NCBI RefSeq assembly: GCF_964355755.1
Contig: NC_092671.1
Span: 37,892,304 to 37,956,303, forward strand
Reading direction: 5' to 3'
DNA length: 64,000 nt
Origin: Antedon mediterranea
Taxonomy: Eukaryota; Animalia; Echinodermata
The notes beneath the pieces are model-generated. The model searched no databases. It worked only from the letters and a program-made list of their open reading frames with translations, and had not been told where the DNA came from. Made by a program: the position numbers and the translations under genes. Positions 32,101 to 44,578 of this stretch are shown here, piece by piece. The stretch's first letter is position 1. Each line of letters begins with the position of its first letter.

Positions 32101-35100
32101 TGTAAATGGTGTATGAAATAGCCTAGAGGAAAACCTACATTGCCGACAATAATAAAACTATGAACAATCATACTTTAATCAATGTTATTGTTAGTATTAC
32201 AATACAACCAAATGTTATATGAATTAATAGTTATATTAAACTGTTCAAAATAGCAATATAATATTTTGTTTGCATAATAATTTTTATACAAAATTTAACA
32301 TGTAATTGTATTGTACAACTGTAAAGTGGTAACCTACATTGCTTACAATATGAAAAATCATACTTTATTCAATGTTATTGTTAGTATTACAATACAACCA
32401 AATGTTATATGAATTAATAGTTATATTAAACTGTTCAAAATAGCAATATAATATTTTGTGTGCATAATAATTTATAAACAAAATTTAACATGTATTAATT
32501 GTATTGTACAACTGTAAAATGGAACTGTACTAATAATTACTAAAAACTAAACTAAAGCAAACATAAACAAAACTCTTTACTTTCGTTACAAAACGCATTG
32601 TCTATTTCTGAGATATTCTGCTTTTTCTATTTCCTGCGAGTTTTAAAAAAAACAACCTAAAACACATGAATGTCAATGTTGTATGAACAAATAGCATGTA
32701 TGATTAGTGGGCATGTCATTACCAAAGGTCATTAAGAAAGGTCAAGGGGAATCATAAAGCTTTTTGATGGTGTAAACATAAATGCTAAACAATCAGTAAA
32801 ATGATTATCAAACAAATAAAACAATGTTATGGGTGTGTCAGTAAAGATTTGATTTTTATTACTGGCAGCAATATTAGTAACTGTTTAGTTTTTTCTTTAT
32901 TTTCAAAAATGTATGCAGGAAAATGTTTTTTCAAACTTACACAGACATTAGTTGTACTCCGTCAACGATCCCGGACACCTTTGGGCTGGCCTAATAATTA
33001 ATATGTCTGGTTTTCAGTTTTCAAAACACCAAGGTATCTTCGGTAATAGAAACCATTGATTAAAGTATGATTTTTCATATACATACATACATATATTTCA
33101 AATACGTACAAACAATTTTCCATGAGACTTGGACCCTTGTGTAAAAGTAAATTATATGCAACTGAATAAATTGTATGGCATTGCTACTCCTTTTAATGAA
33201 AACGTTTTCTTTGTCCACATTGACAACAAAAGAATAACAAAGTGCAACTCTGTGTCATTTCATTTCTTATATGATTACATAGATTTAATGACAAAAGAGT
33301 CTAAACGACGGCAAAAGACTTTATTCGCAAAGAGTAAGGGATTGTCTCCCGCTGGCTGACGTGGGTCTTTAGAGGGCCTAATCCAAATTTCCTCAGTGTC
33401 CAGTTTTAGCTTGAGGACCAGTATTACATACAGTATATCATTATATAACAATTAACATAAGTTGAAAATATTATGAAATAGTAAACTGTTGTTTTTTGGA
33501 TTCGAACCCACAACTTCCATATCAGGTTTCTACCTGTAGACCACCGAACTGTTTCCAAAAAGCTGTAGACATGGCGTCAATGAAATCTGTTTTTTTAGTT
33601 TGTTATTAATAATTATGGAATGTTAATTAATTTAAACTTTTTACCAATTTTGATGTTAAAATTGTGAGATATTTTCTTTTAATGCAATCAGAACGGTCAA
33701 TTCAGAAGCAGTATGGTAAATGACCTTTGCTAGAATTCACTTCCTGTTTGACATGATGAATCTATTCTCTATTCTCGGATGTTGTGTCTGCATGTATCTA
33801 TGTGGTGTTTATATGTTTGCTTGTGTTTAGTAGGCACATTTCTATTGCATGTCAACAGACTAAAGCTCTGTCCACACTATCAAACTAGTTTGACAAAAAA
33901 GTGTGATTTTTGTCGCATAAAGTTTTATAGTGTAGACAGAGCCTAACAAGACAAGACAAGTAATACTACATCCTATATTTAAAAAAAATATTGTATTATT
34001 ACTTTCAATTATTAAACGTGTGTTTTTATTTTTATTGAAGTTCTGCATGTATATCATCTTGATTTTCACTAGTATTCTTATCTGTTGCACCCACCTTACT
34101 TTTTAATCTGTTAAGCTCTGTCTATGTGCCTAATATAGCAGTGATATGCCCAAATATGGTAGTGATATGACATCATCATGTCCATATAGTCACATCAACC
34201 CTAAAAACTCCCTGGTCACATCACACTTTTTTTGTCACATAAAGTTTGATAGTGTAGACAGAGCTTTAAATTTGGTATTATTTTCTGTTGATTGTTCAGG
34301 ACTTAGAGGCACCCTTTGCGCTATATAAATTGAACCCGAATTATTATTATTACTACCATATTAATATTATTATTAATATACTGTACTTTAGTTTACAAAG
34401 TTTCGTACTACCTTCCATTTTGTTTGTGTTGCTGTACGTGCAAATGTGACAAAAGCTGTCAATAAGCATCGCAAGCGTATTACAGTATTGTTCATTTTTA
34501 AGACAGATCTCACAAAGGCCTTGCTTCTCAAAGTAGTAACACAATATTGAAATAATCCTTGGCTAAACCACATAATTAAGTTTCATAAATTTACAAATGC
34601 GGACAGCGAAGTCTTTGTTCAAATACAGATGTTCCACTTGACAAATCAAAAAGTTCAATTCTAGTTTGTCCAAAAAAAACACCAAATTCTGTGTTCATAT
34701 TAATTTGAATGTAGGCTTAAGGCTATTGTACACCTAAATTAAAGAGTTTTTTCAGGCATATGGCCTTTCTATCTAATATGAATCCAAACCTTACTATAGT
34801 ATATATTTTTATTGTAAAATCATTTTTCTAATCAGTTTCAGGATAGGAACAGGATTAGGAAGTAAGTAAATTATCCACAAATTAATATCCTCACTGAATT
34901 AATAACAAAGAGTCAATACCAATATTATTTTAGGGTGTCGCGTTATAAATAGTAATCAGTATTTCTTATATTCAGAATAAAAATATGTAATTCGGATCAT
35001 TTCATAGTGTATTTTAGTATAGTTTTGATACAGTATAGTTTCAATTTCGCCATTTCAATAAATTGATGTTTTCAGCGACTGTGGAAAATTAACAATTCCT

Positions 35101-38100
35101 TTCCAATTATGGTCTAGGCCAATTAAACTTTGAAGGTCTGTTTTAGTTGTCTTCCTTTCAATGAATTTTATAAGTGTTCAGTACTATGGTTTGTTTGGGA
35201 CGGTGTATTCTGATTGGATTGGTTCAGGGCATATATTTAGGGTATGTTCAGAGTTATGCTTTCGTATCGCAAGCATTGTCATATTATAATTAGCGTCATA
35301 ACACTCAGCAAAATGTTCAGATTTGCTTAACTAACACTTTCGTTTCAAACTGAAGTGTAACCGATTTGGGAGAACATCTGTCATGTAAGAGTAAATGTTA
35401 TTGGTTAGAGGTAAAAATCGTTGATGACTTTTGTATTGTAAGCGGCGTTCACGAATCTTGTACCTTGAGCTGTTGTAACGAACAAAAGATCAGAGTCGTA
35501 CGAGGTGGCTTAAGTTCCACTAATCTTTTCTTCGTTCAGACCTACTGTATGGAGTTGTACTCGGCATACAATACGAAAGCATAACTCTGTAGGTCTGAAC
35601 AGGCCCTTAAACTTTTGAGAATAGTAATTTATGGTTGTTGTGACATTCATGATTACTTGTCTCTTGTCAGGTGTTGTAGTCATTAAAAATTGTCACTTTA
35701 CTCATTTGAACTTTACAAGGCTTGTCTGCAACATACTTTGTCTTGTATGGTAACACTACAGTTAGTTAACATTAAGTATTTCGTAAGGAGCTTAGGGAAA
35801 CTACAGGCTACAATACGGTAGGATTAATAATTGTAATAGGAAGAAAAAAAATGCAAATTATGGCATTTATTAATGACAAGAAGTTTTAGGTTGTGTTTTG
35901 CATTGTATCTTCTGTCTCTCTAATTTTTTTTTCGGTTTATCATAAAAAAAACTTATTTCAACTTTCAATTCTTTTTCCATTATGCTACTCACCTTATGAT
36001 AGTCCGAATCCTGTGGCCGTATTCACCATTCACACTTAGGCTAAAGAAAACATCCTTAAATTTTTAAAACAAATTTCCTATCTAAGTGAATACAATTTAA
36101 GGGAAATACTTAAATATTTATTGAGTTAAGTGAAATACTTATTATTTAAGGGAAATATCTCACTTAAGTGTGATTTGTGAATACAGCCACTGTACACTAG
36201 TCTCTCATATAAAGGCGTAAAATGCATCACAAACTATCAAATTTCTTTTATTAAACTTTTTCTTTTTTTATATGTGCTTTTTATAGCAAAATGTAAAATA
36301 CTGTATTTCAATCAATACATAATTTATTCTTAAACAGGAACAAAAATATTTTTAAAGGATTGGTAATAAAATTGAGACATACGACACATGGAATTAAAGT
36401 AATAATTTTATTTAAATTTTAAAATATTTGCCTTGTTTTTATCCCGCCAGTTCAAGAGCAAGTTGCAGCCCAACGTAAACAGCGCCGCACAAGAAGACGG
36501 AGGGACGATGATGGCGATGTTGACAGATTTAGATCAGGTAAAATAATACTGATATATGAAAACTAGGATAATATGAAATAACTTTATAAAATAAAGAAAT
36601 TTTCTCTAAAAAATAAATTTAAGTTATACGACACTGGCAGTGGCAGAATCCCAAATAGTATGCATTGTAATGTAATATTTCTCATGATCTCATAATATGA
36701 AGAGTGATTTAGAAAAGTGAAAATGTAAGTGACTCGTATAGAAATTAAACAAAAGAGCGTTGTACTGCAAATCACTCAACCGTATCATGCCTCTTACACA
36801 CATATCCACAAATTATTCCCATTACAATCTGTAAAATGCCAGTTTTCGTTCATTTCAAGACATAAATCTAATGAAAATTTTAATGATTTTAGGATTATTT
36901 TTCATCATTAAGATTTGATGATACGTATAATTAGTTATAAAGCAAATTAGCAAAGGTAAATTAGCATATTTTATACGAGGTGGCTGAGTAACGCAGGCTA
37001 CTGTGAACTTGACTTCACACCGTTATATTGTTCAATTATTCCATTCTGATTCACTTATTCATCACCCTTGCATATTTTTACACAAAGATTCTATACTTTA
37101 TGGATTATAGCCTTTATAAATGAACTAAACAGATTTTAAAGGAGCAGTCGCCAGATTTCACATAACAAACGTAATTCATAAAAAAAGAATATCATTTTAT
37201 CCAATATAAATTATAATTTTTTTTAATGATTAACATTTGAATTATTGGTTACTTCTTTTTGGCTTTTTTAAATAGTTTTTGATTAATAATTGTTAAAGAA
37301 ATGTTAAAGGTGTGTACATGTTCTGTACTGTCCCTTTAAACCTTTTGAGTTTAGTCATGCTTAAAATCTGCTAGATTTCACTCTGTTTATTTTTCATTAG
37401 TATTTAGGAATTGAATTTAAAAAGTCTTAAGTATTGTAAATCACTTGCCATAACTAGCATAGTAGGCCTAGTGGTTAAAGGAACAAGGGTATATCAGCAT
37501 TTGGGAGTATGTGTATCACTTTTTTACATATTGGATATTATTACTAAATGATGTCGAGAGGTTCTTCTGAAGTTTGATCTTCTAAAAGTATGTTTTGTAT
37601 AGTAACAGATTATTGTAGAGATTAAACATCGGGCATAGTACAGTAGAGGTATAATGATAGAGCTATAAAATTAGGTATAATTAAAGGCCTACCACATGAA
37701 AGTCTATCATTATTTAAGAATTTTCTGTGTATTGAAGTCTGATCTTGTAATAGTATGTTTAGTTGTATAGTAACAGAAAATTGTATAGAGTAGAGGTATA
37801 AGGCATAGGACATAGAAGTCTATCCTTATTTAAAGAATTTGCTGTGAATTGAAGTCTGATCTTGTAAAAGTATGTTTAGTAGTATAGTAACAGAAAATTT
37901 GATTTAATTAGAGATTAACATAGGGCCTACCACATGAAAGTCTACAGGATAGTCTATTTTTATTTAAAGATTTTGCGGTGAATAACTTGATTATGTAATT
38001 GAATTAATTGATTGATTGATTGTTTTTCAGATGTAAGAGAAGAAGCAGTAAGAGCTGCCCTAGCAAGACACAGTGAGATTCAACTACCAATGCCAATGCC

Positions 38101-41100
38101 ATCTAAACGACAGTCATTTCACTCGAGCCATGTGCCAATCGAAACACCACCGGGTACGTATCAATTCCTTGCTTAAGCTCTGTCTTACACTTTATGTGAC
38201 AAAAGCATGATGTGTCCAAACAGTATATAGACATGGTGATGTCATATCGCTACCATACTTGGGCATATTGCTATTTGCGCACATCACACTTTTTTGTCAC
38301 ACTAGTTTGATAATGTTGACAGGGCTTTAGATCACACTGACAGACCTGGAGTATTTCCGCAAAAGTTAGACCTTTGATAATGTGGTTTCACACATTAGCA
38401 CCAAAGAAATACAAATATTGCTAAACCACTACACCAAACTCGGACATAAGAATAGTAGAAGAATTCGTCAAAATTAGTTTATTGTGTGAACTAAAGCTTC
38501 ATAGCTTGTTTCCTTCAGTGTGTGTGAAACAGAGTTCCTATAAATTATTTAATACTAGTATAACATCATAATATGACATAATAATGTTTCCCACTATTAT
38601 AACATTATGTTAATCTGGGCCTCCGTGGATAAATAAGTTGAATTAACCATGTTATTGTTATACAGTAAAGTTATATGTGTATACTGTAATGGTAAAGCAA
38701 TATTGCTAAGTGTTTATGATGGTGACTGCACTACAGTACTAGTAATATTATTGTTATTCAAAACTTGTTCATCTGTGAAGCAGATGTTTAAGATATTTAT
38801 TTACTAGCTGTAAAATGTATTAATTACCATCATCATATTTCAGTTGAGCATTGCGACTATATTACATTGTTGATACACTGTTTGGTGTTAAGCCATGTCT
38901 ACAATATCAAACTAGTTTGACAACAAAAGTGTGCTGTGCCCAAATACGGTAGTGATATGCCCAAATATGGTAGTGATATGACATCATCATGTCCATATGA
39001 ACACATCACATTTTTTTGTAACATAAAGTTTGATAGTGTAGACAGAGCTTTACAACCTTCAGCCCACTACAAAATAAATATTTGATCCCGACACAAACAT
39101 AGCCTCATACCCCATTCAGTTGCTTTCTTTATCCACTTCCTCAACATTGTATATTGAGCTGCTGAATTTTAAAAGAGGCCCTGGGGTATTTGCTTTATCC
39201 TGGTTGATAAGATCTCACCCTCTAGGCTGGCCTAACTATTGCACTCGAGATCCATTTGTGATAGCATTCAGAACCTCATTACCTAGCTAATCAAATTATT
39301 ACCAGTAAACATACAGACACTGTTGCAAGATTTATTTTGATTTTAAAAGCTTAGTTTAAATATGAGTTTGACCTTTATGTCATTAATAGTACATTAATAG
39401 GGCTATCCCATCCACTGGATTCTTGCTGCACCTTACCTTTTATACTATATCATAATTCCAATCTATACCCTTTTAGGGTAATATCATCAGAAAGTGAATA
39501 ATAACCTTCATAATTAAATAACATTTTAATACCTTTATTAAAAATGTTTTTATGGGGACTAAAGAAAAAGGTGTTTTGCTGTTTGGACCTACACTATATC
39601 TTTATAAGGCATTATCATTAAAAAAAAATTTTTTAAATAACCTTCATATTTAAATAACGTTTAAATTAATTAATTAAATACCTTTATTAATAAAAATGTT
39701 GGTATTTTTATGTCAGACTTCAAGAAAAAATGTTTTCCCATTTAGACTGCACCTTAGAGGACATAAGTGTATAAAGTATGTTTGTGGCATGTATTAAAAT
39801 AAACATCACTCAAAAGATCTGTTTAGTTAACTCGCTCAATATTTGATGGAACAACTGCGTGAGAAAAAAACACGATTTTATTTCAACATATTACCTTTAA
39901 TTTGAACCTCTTAGTCTGTCTTGAAGAGGAAACAATAAGTTGTCAATTAGCCGCAGCATCCGTCCTGAATTCTACTGAATTGCTTTCATGATTACTGAAG
40001 GTTGAGGTGTGTGCCTCGATAAACAAAATTATGGAATTTATAATAATTATATATAATCACCTTTTATCTTTAAGAATTAAGCTCTGTCTACACTATCAAA
40101 TTTTATGTGACAAAAAAAATGTGATGTGCCCATATATATATACATGATGATGTCATATCACTACCATATTTGGGCATATCACAGCTCTTTTGTCAAAGTA
40201 GTTTGATAGTGTAGACAGAGCTTTAGCCTGGTCACCTTTTTATGAACAATTCAACACTTTGTCTAATACAGTACTCTCTCTCAGTCTCCTGAGGCTTCAC
40301 ATTTCCTTTCACTATGATTTATTATACAAAATTACACTCCATATTTTCATGTTTAAAAAATCAATAATTGAAATTCACATGTTAAATTTGATTTTATGAA
40401 TTTTATTAGTATTATATACATTAAATTTACTGTATCCTGGAGTTTATTAACCTTAATGTATTAACCAGTCATACATTTGATGGCAGTTGTACTTTTTGTA
40501 TGTTTTTTATATATTGTGGGCGTTGATATTGTTTCAAAGGATCTTTAACCCACTCATAAAAAAGCTCTGATTCATTCAGTCACAGTTAAATACATTTCTA
40601 TTTGAACAGGACATTACAATAATACTAATAGTACTGTACATTTTTATTAATATATTTATTTTCTAAGGTCTATACATCAATTATTAATAAATACTGTACA
40701 AAAATATTGAATACATATTAAATTAATACTGTACAAAGTACAAAAATATTGAGTACGTAAATGAATACGTAAAGAATAGATTTATTGTACAATGATAACT
40801 GATTTGTACATCTCTCAATGTGTCTTCAAGTTAAGGCATTTATTATTTGTATCCCTTTTTTATATAGCCTAGCCAAACTCCGGAGATTTGCGGTACTGGC
40901 GCCCTGACGTGTGTGTGGAATAATATAATTACAAATTTTCAAAAGCATAAAGCAACATAAACAATCAAGACTTAGTAAGAAATTTACTAATATTATTTTA
41001 AAAACTGAAAAATTGTCTTTTTTTCAGAATCAGATTCTGACAATGAATCTACATCATCAAATCATACAGTGGATTCAATGAGCGGACCGAACCGGGATTC

Positions 41101-43005
41101 CGGTTTAGGATTTAGATTACCAGGGATAGAGGCTGCCGCCGCGAACGGACACTTAAGACCACCGGGCCAACCACGTGCTCTAGATATCGCAAGTAACAGT
41201 AAGTGATGACATCGTCTACTTTAATTAATCTTCGGAATTAAATACTGAAATAAACAGGAAATAATATGATAATATATCCTGTTCACTGTGTATTAAAATC
41301 AAGTTTAAACACATGTAAAATTAAACAAGAGTTTTTTGATGAAATTATTTTGGCTGGGACGTACTGATCGAATTCGCTGTTGAGTCCCCCGGGTCTTGCA
41401 TGTGTGATGTATGTGTTATTGTTTGTAATTGTAAAATCCAGAATAAATTGAATTGAATTGAATGAACATTTGCGTTGGGTAGCCGAGTGTTTAGGACACT
41501 TGACTGCCATACAGAGAGACCCGGGTTCAATTCCCGACAACTCCCAGTAAACTCATCTGCAAATGAGTAACCTGTTGAAAAATACTAGAGAGAAAAAGGT
41601 GGCGTGGAAAGGAACTGGCCAGTATCCTACCACATAATGAGTGAGTTGAGTGGCCGTGTGGTTAAGACAGTGGAACCGTAATCAGGGCATCATTTATAAG
41701 GAGCGCCTGCGCGACCGCGCTCCTCCGCGCTCCTCAACAGGCTTCGAGGAGAGCAATTTATCGCGCTCCTTAATTTTCAAAATAGAGCCTAGCTTTTGAC
41801 AGTGTTGATTTTTCTGTCAAGAGGCCTAAAAACACGTGGATTTTTAAAAGTTAAAACCAATCTAGGCCTAGGCTAATAGTATATAAGCTAAGTTATAAAG
41901 CTACAAGCCTAATGGCAGTCCCTCGTTTTTAAGGATCGCGAGCGCGATCGCAATCAACAACCTTCGAAAAGGAGAGCAATTCATCGCGCTCCATCTCCTC
42001 ACAGACAGTGTGAGGTACCAACAAAGGGGATTCCCCTGCCTGCGCGCATTCAAGGGCGAGTTTACTTCATCGCCTCATAGTGCAACCAGTACGGTGTCAT
42101 AGAAACACCTCCTTTACAGGAAGATCATGTCCCAACCAATAATTTTTCCCTTTATGTTTTTATGGAACGAGTTAATAAAATATATTTAATTTTAAAAGGA
42201 AACATTAATATAGGAGGCCTAAATATAATGTTTATTATTTAAAAAAGCTTAGCTGCTGGTTGCTTTAATTATGTCATTTTGAAGATGGATTATTTCTTCG
42301 AAAGTTCTAACCAATTTTGGTCACTCAAATCCTCCTCAAAACACGTGCTGATGTGTGACGTCAGCATCTTCTAGAAGCTCTCTCAGCCCTCCCCCTATTG
42401 TGCGTGCGCCCATGTGTGACACATGTAAACACGATCAAATATCTTTCTTAATTATTTTAAAATGACACTTTGTAACTTATTATCAATATTTTAATGGCTG
42501 TTGCATGTTAGAATTGTATAATTTATGAATTGCAGGTAAATACTTTTCAGGTTTTCTGTCTGATTTCTAGGCCAACAAGCTAGGCTAGAAAAGCTAGGCT
42601 AAAGAAAGGCATATAGTTGGCCAGGACAGGATTCTCCAGGCTCCTGAAACCCAATCTAACCAGGCAGGCCATAAAAAAAAAAATTGGCTTGAGTTTTTTG
42701 TACTGTAGAATAATACGATCCCCACGGAAAATATTGTGTGTAAAGGTGGGTGTGGGGGATTTTAGGGGAGAGGTACAGACAGTATACATTTGTTGTGCCC
42801 GGCGGGGGGGGGGGGGGGGGGGGGGGGGAAATGTGTACGATTTAAAATTTTTGCAAGGAGAGCGAATTGCTCTCCTCGGTGATTTGAGGAGAGCGATTTG
42901 TTGCTCTCCTGGGTTTTGCATACTTGATGCCCTGCGTAATTACGTAGCCATAACATCGGCAGGGGTTCGAGGCTCACTTGCTCCATGGTTCTGGTGGTAG
43001 AACGA

Positions 43006-43039
<34 letters not shown>

Positions 43040-44537
43040 AGTGTACACATCTAGCTCGTGTGCACTTTAAAGAACCAAGTACATCTTTCGAGACAAGTAG
43101 GGGTTACCCCGTGTACTAGTACATCACAGTATAAATATAAAACAAAACAAATGCCGAGGCTTAGTACAATGAGCTCCTAACAGCTCATACCCCTACGTTC
43201 AGAATGAAAATGGAATTTGCCTATATACGTATTCTGGACGCATTCTTGATGAATTCTTGTCGGTACTGTACATTATTATAGAATAGAAAAGATTCTTGAA
43301 AATGCTTTTGAATAGAATTCTCAAAATTATATCTAAAATTTATGGCATATTATTTTTATTTTATTTTATTTTATTTTATTCAATCAAAACCAACAGCGAT
43401 AAATACCGCCACTAACAGGTTTGAAACATAAAACAATACAACATCAAAAACGGTTAACAACAATTATTACTTTTGTTGTGAATTTCTTGATTTAAAAGTG
43501 TGATAAAAAGGTGTTCTTTATAATCAAGTAAGATTTATTATCATTATGCATCAGATATTACCATCTGGTATTCAAAATATCTGACTACTGTATTCAACAT
43601 ATTATAAGTACCCCTATTCTATTCTACTATCATTATAATATAACTTAACAAAAAATATAGTAGAAATAGTTGTAATTCTTTTTTTTATTACTAAAGACTT
43701 TGTGTACCTGTTTATCATTTGTTTGTACACCTAACCTTCAAATTAAAGACAACATTTTTAAAAATAGAAATATAAAACATGAAAACAAAGACATTTGTTT
43801 CCTTGTAAACTTGACTTTATTTGGAAAACCTATAAATCTCATTAAAATGTTAAAGCCAAGGATAATACAGTATGTTGTGTTGCTAGTAAACAGAATGCAA
43901 CAGCTGGCACTGTATATGCACATTCTCTTAAATTCCACAGCTATAGATAATTTTCTAATAAAATCATAATGAAATGGATATGCAAAATGTGGCCTTATGC
44001 GAGCTAGTTCTCATTGTGCTGAACCAACTGTAAATCTATACTAAATATAGTATGGTATCAATTATCATTTTGAATTATTAAATTTATATATAGTGTATGG
44101 TATTTAAATTATTATATAAACGTCAGATTTTCTGTTCGTTACCAACAATAACCGTAGCAATCATACAATCATATTTACAATTAAATTAATTATATTTTTT
44201 AGCAAAACGGACAGCTTCCCAACTACCTCCTGTATCAATTATCATTTTTAATTATTAAATAAGATAGGATATTGTAATAGTATGGTATTTAAATTATTAA
44301 ATAACATTAGATTTCTGTTTGTTTACCAACAATAACCGTAGCAGACAATCATATTTACAATTTATTAGATCTATAATAATAATAATAATAATAACAACTT
44401 TATTTAAAAACGGATGCAACACTTGAATCACCATATTGGTGTTTTTCACAAGGCCGTTACTTACTACAAAACTATTTATACTATTACACAAGTTATCAAT
44501 TACAGTACAAAAACAACAACAACAACAACAACAACAA

Positions 44538-44578
<41 letters not shown>

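Larger units (their letters stand above)
41472..43215 (+). mobile_element. tRNA-derived SINE A (41472-41639 and probably 43151-~43215), interrupted by SINE B
   Basis: A box TAGCCGAGTG, B box GGTTCAATTCCC; body stops at CATAATG and GC-richer sequence resumes at AATGCCGAGG after the SINE B tail. Confidence 0.6.

Noticed and set aside
22636-36450. Extra DIP2 exons or nested gene in the 13.8-kb intron 2
   Set aside because: Exons 2 and 3 join in phase with expected motifs; no convincing ORF with paired splice sites seen, though short alternative exons cannot be excluded by eye.
41472-41545. tRNA gene
   Set aside because: A/B boxes present but acceptor stem is poor and it continues into a SINE-like body; similar fragments at ~52877-52930 and ~60250-60320 are also degenerate SINE heads.
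42580-43000. Overlapping poly-Pro/poly-Gly ORFs
   Set aside because: Artefact of a G homopolymer in a non-autonomous transposon; no transposase motifs.
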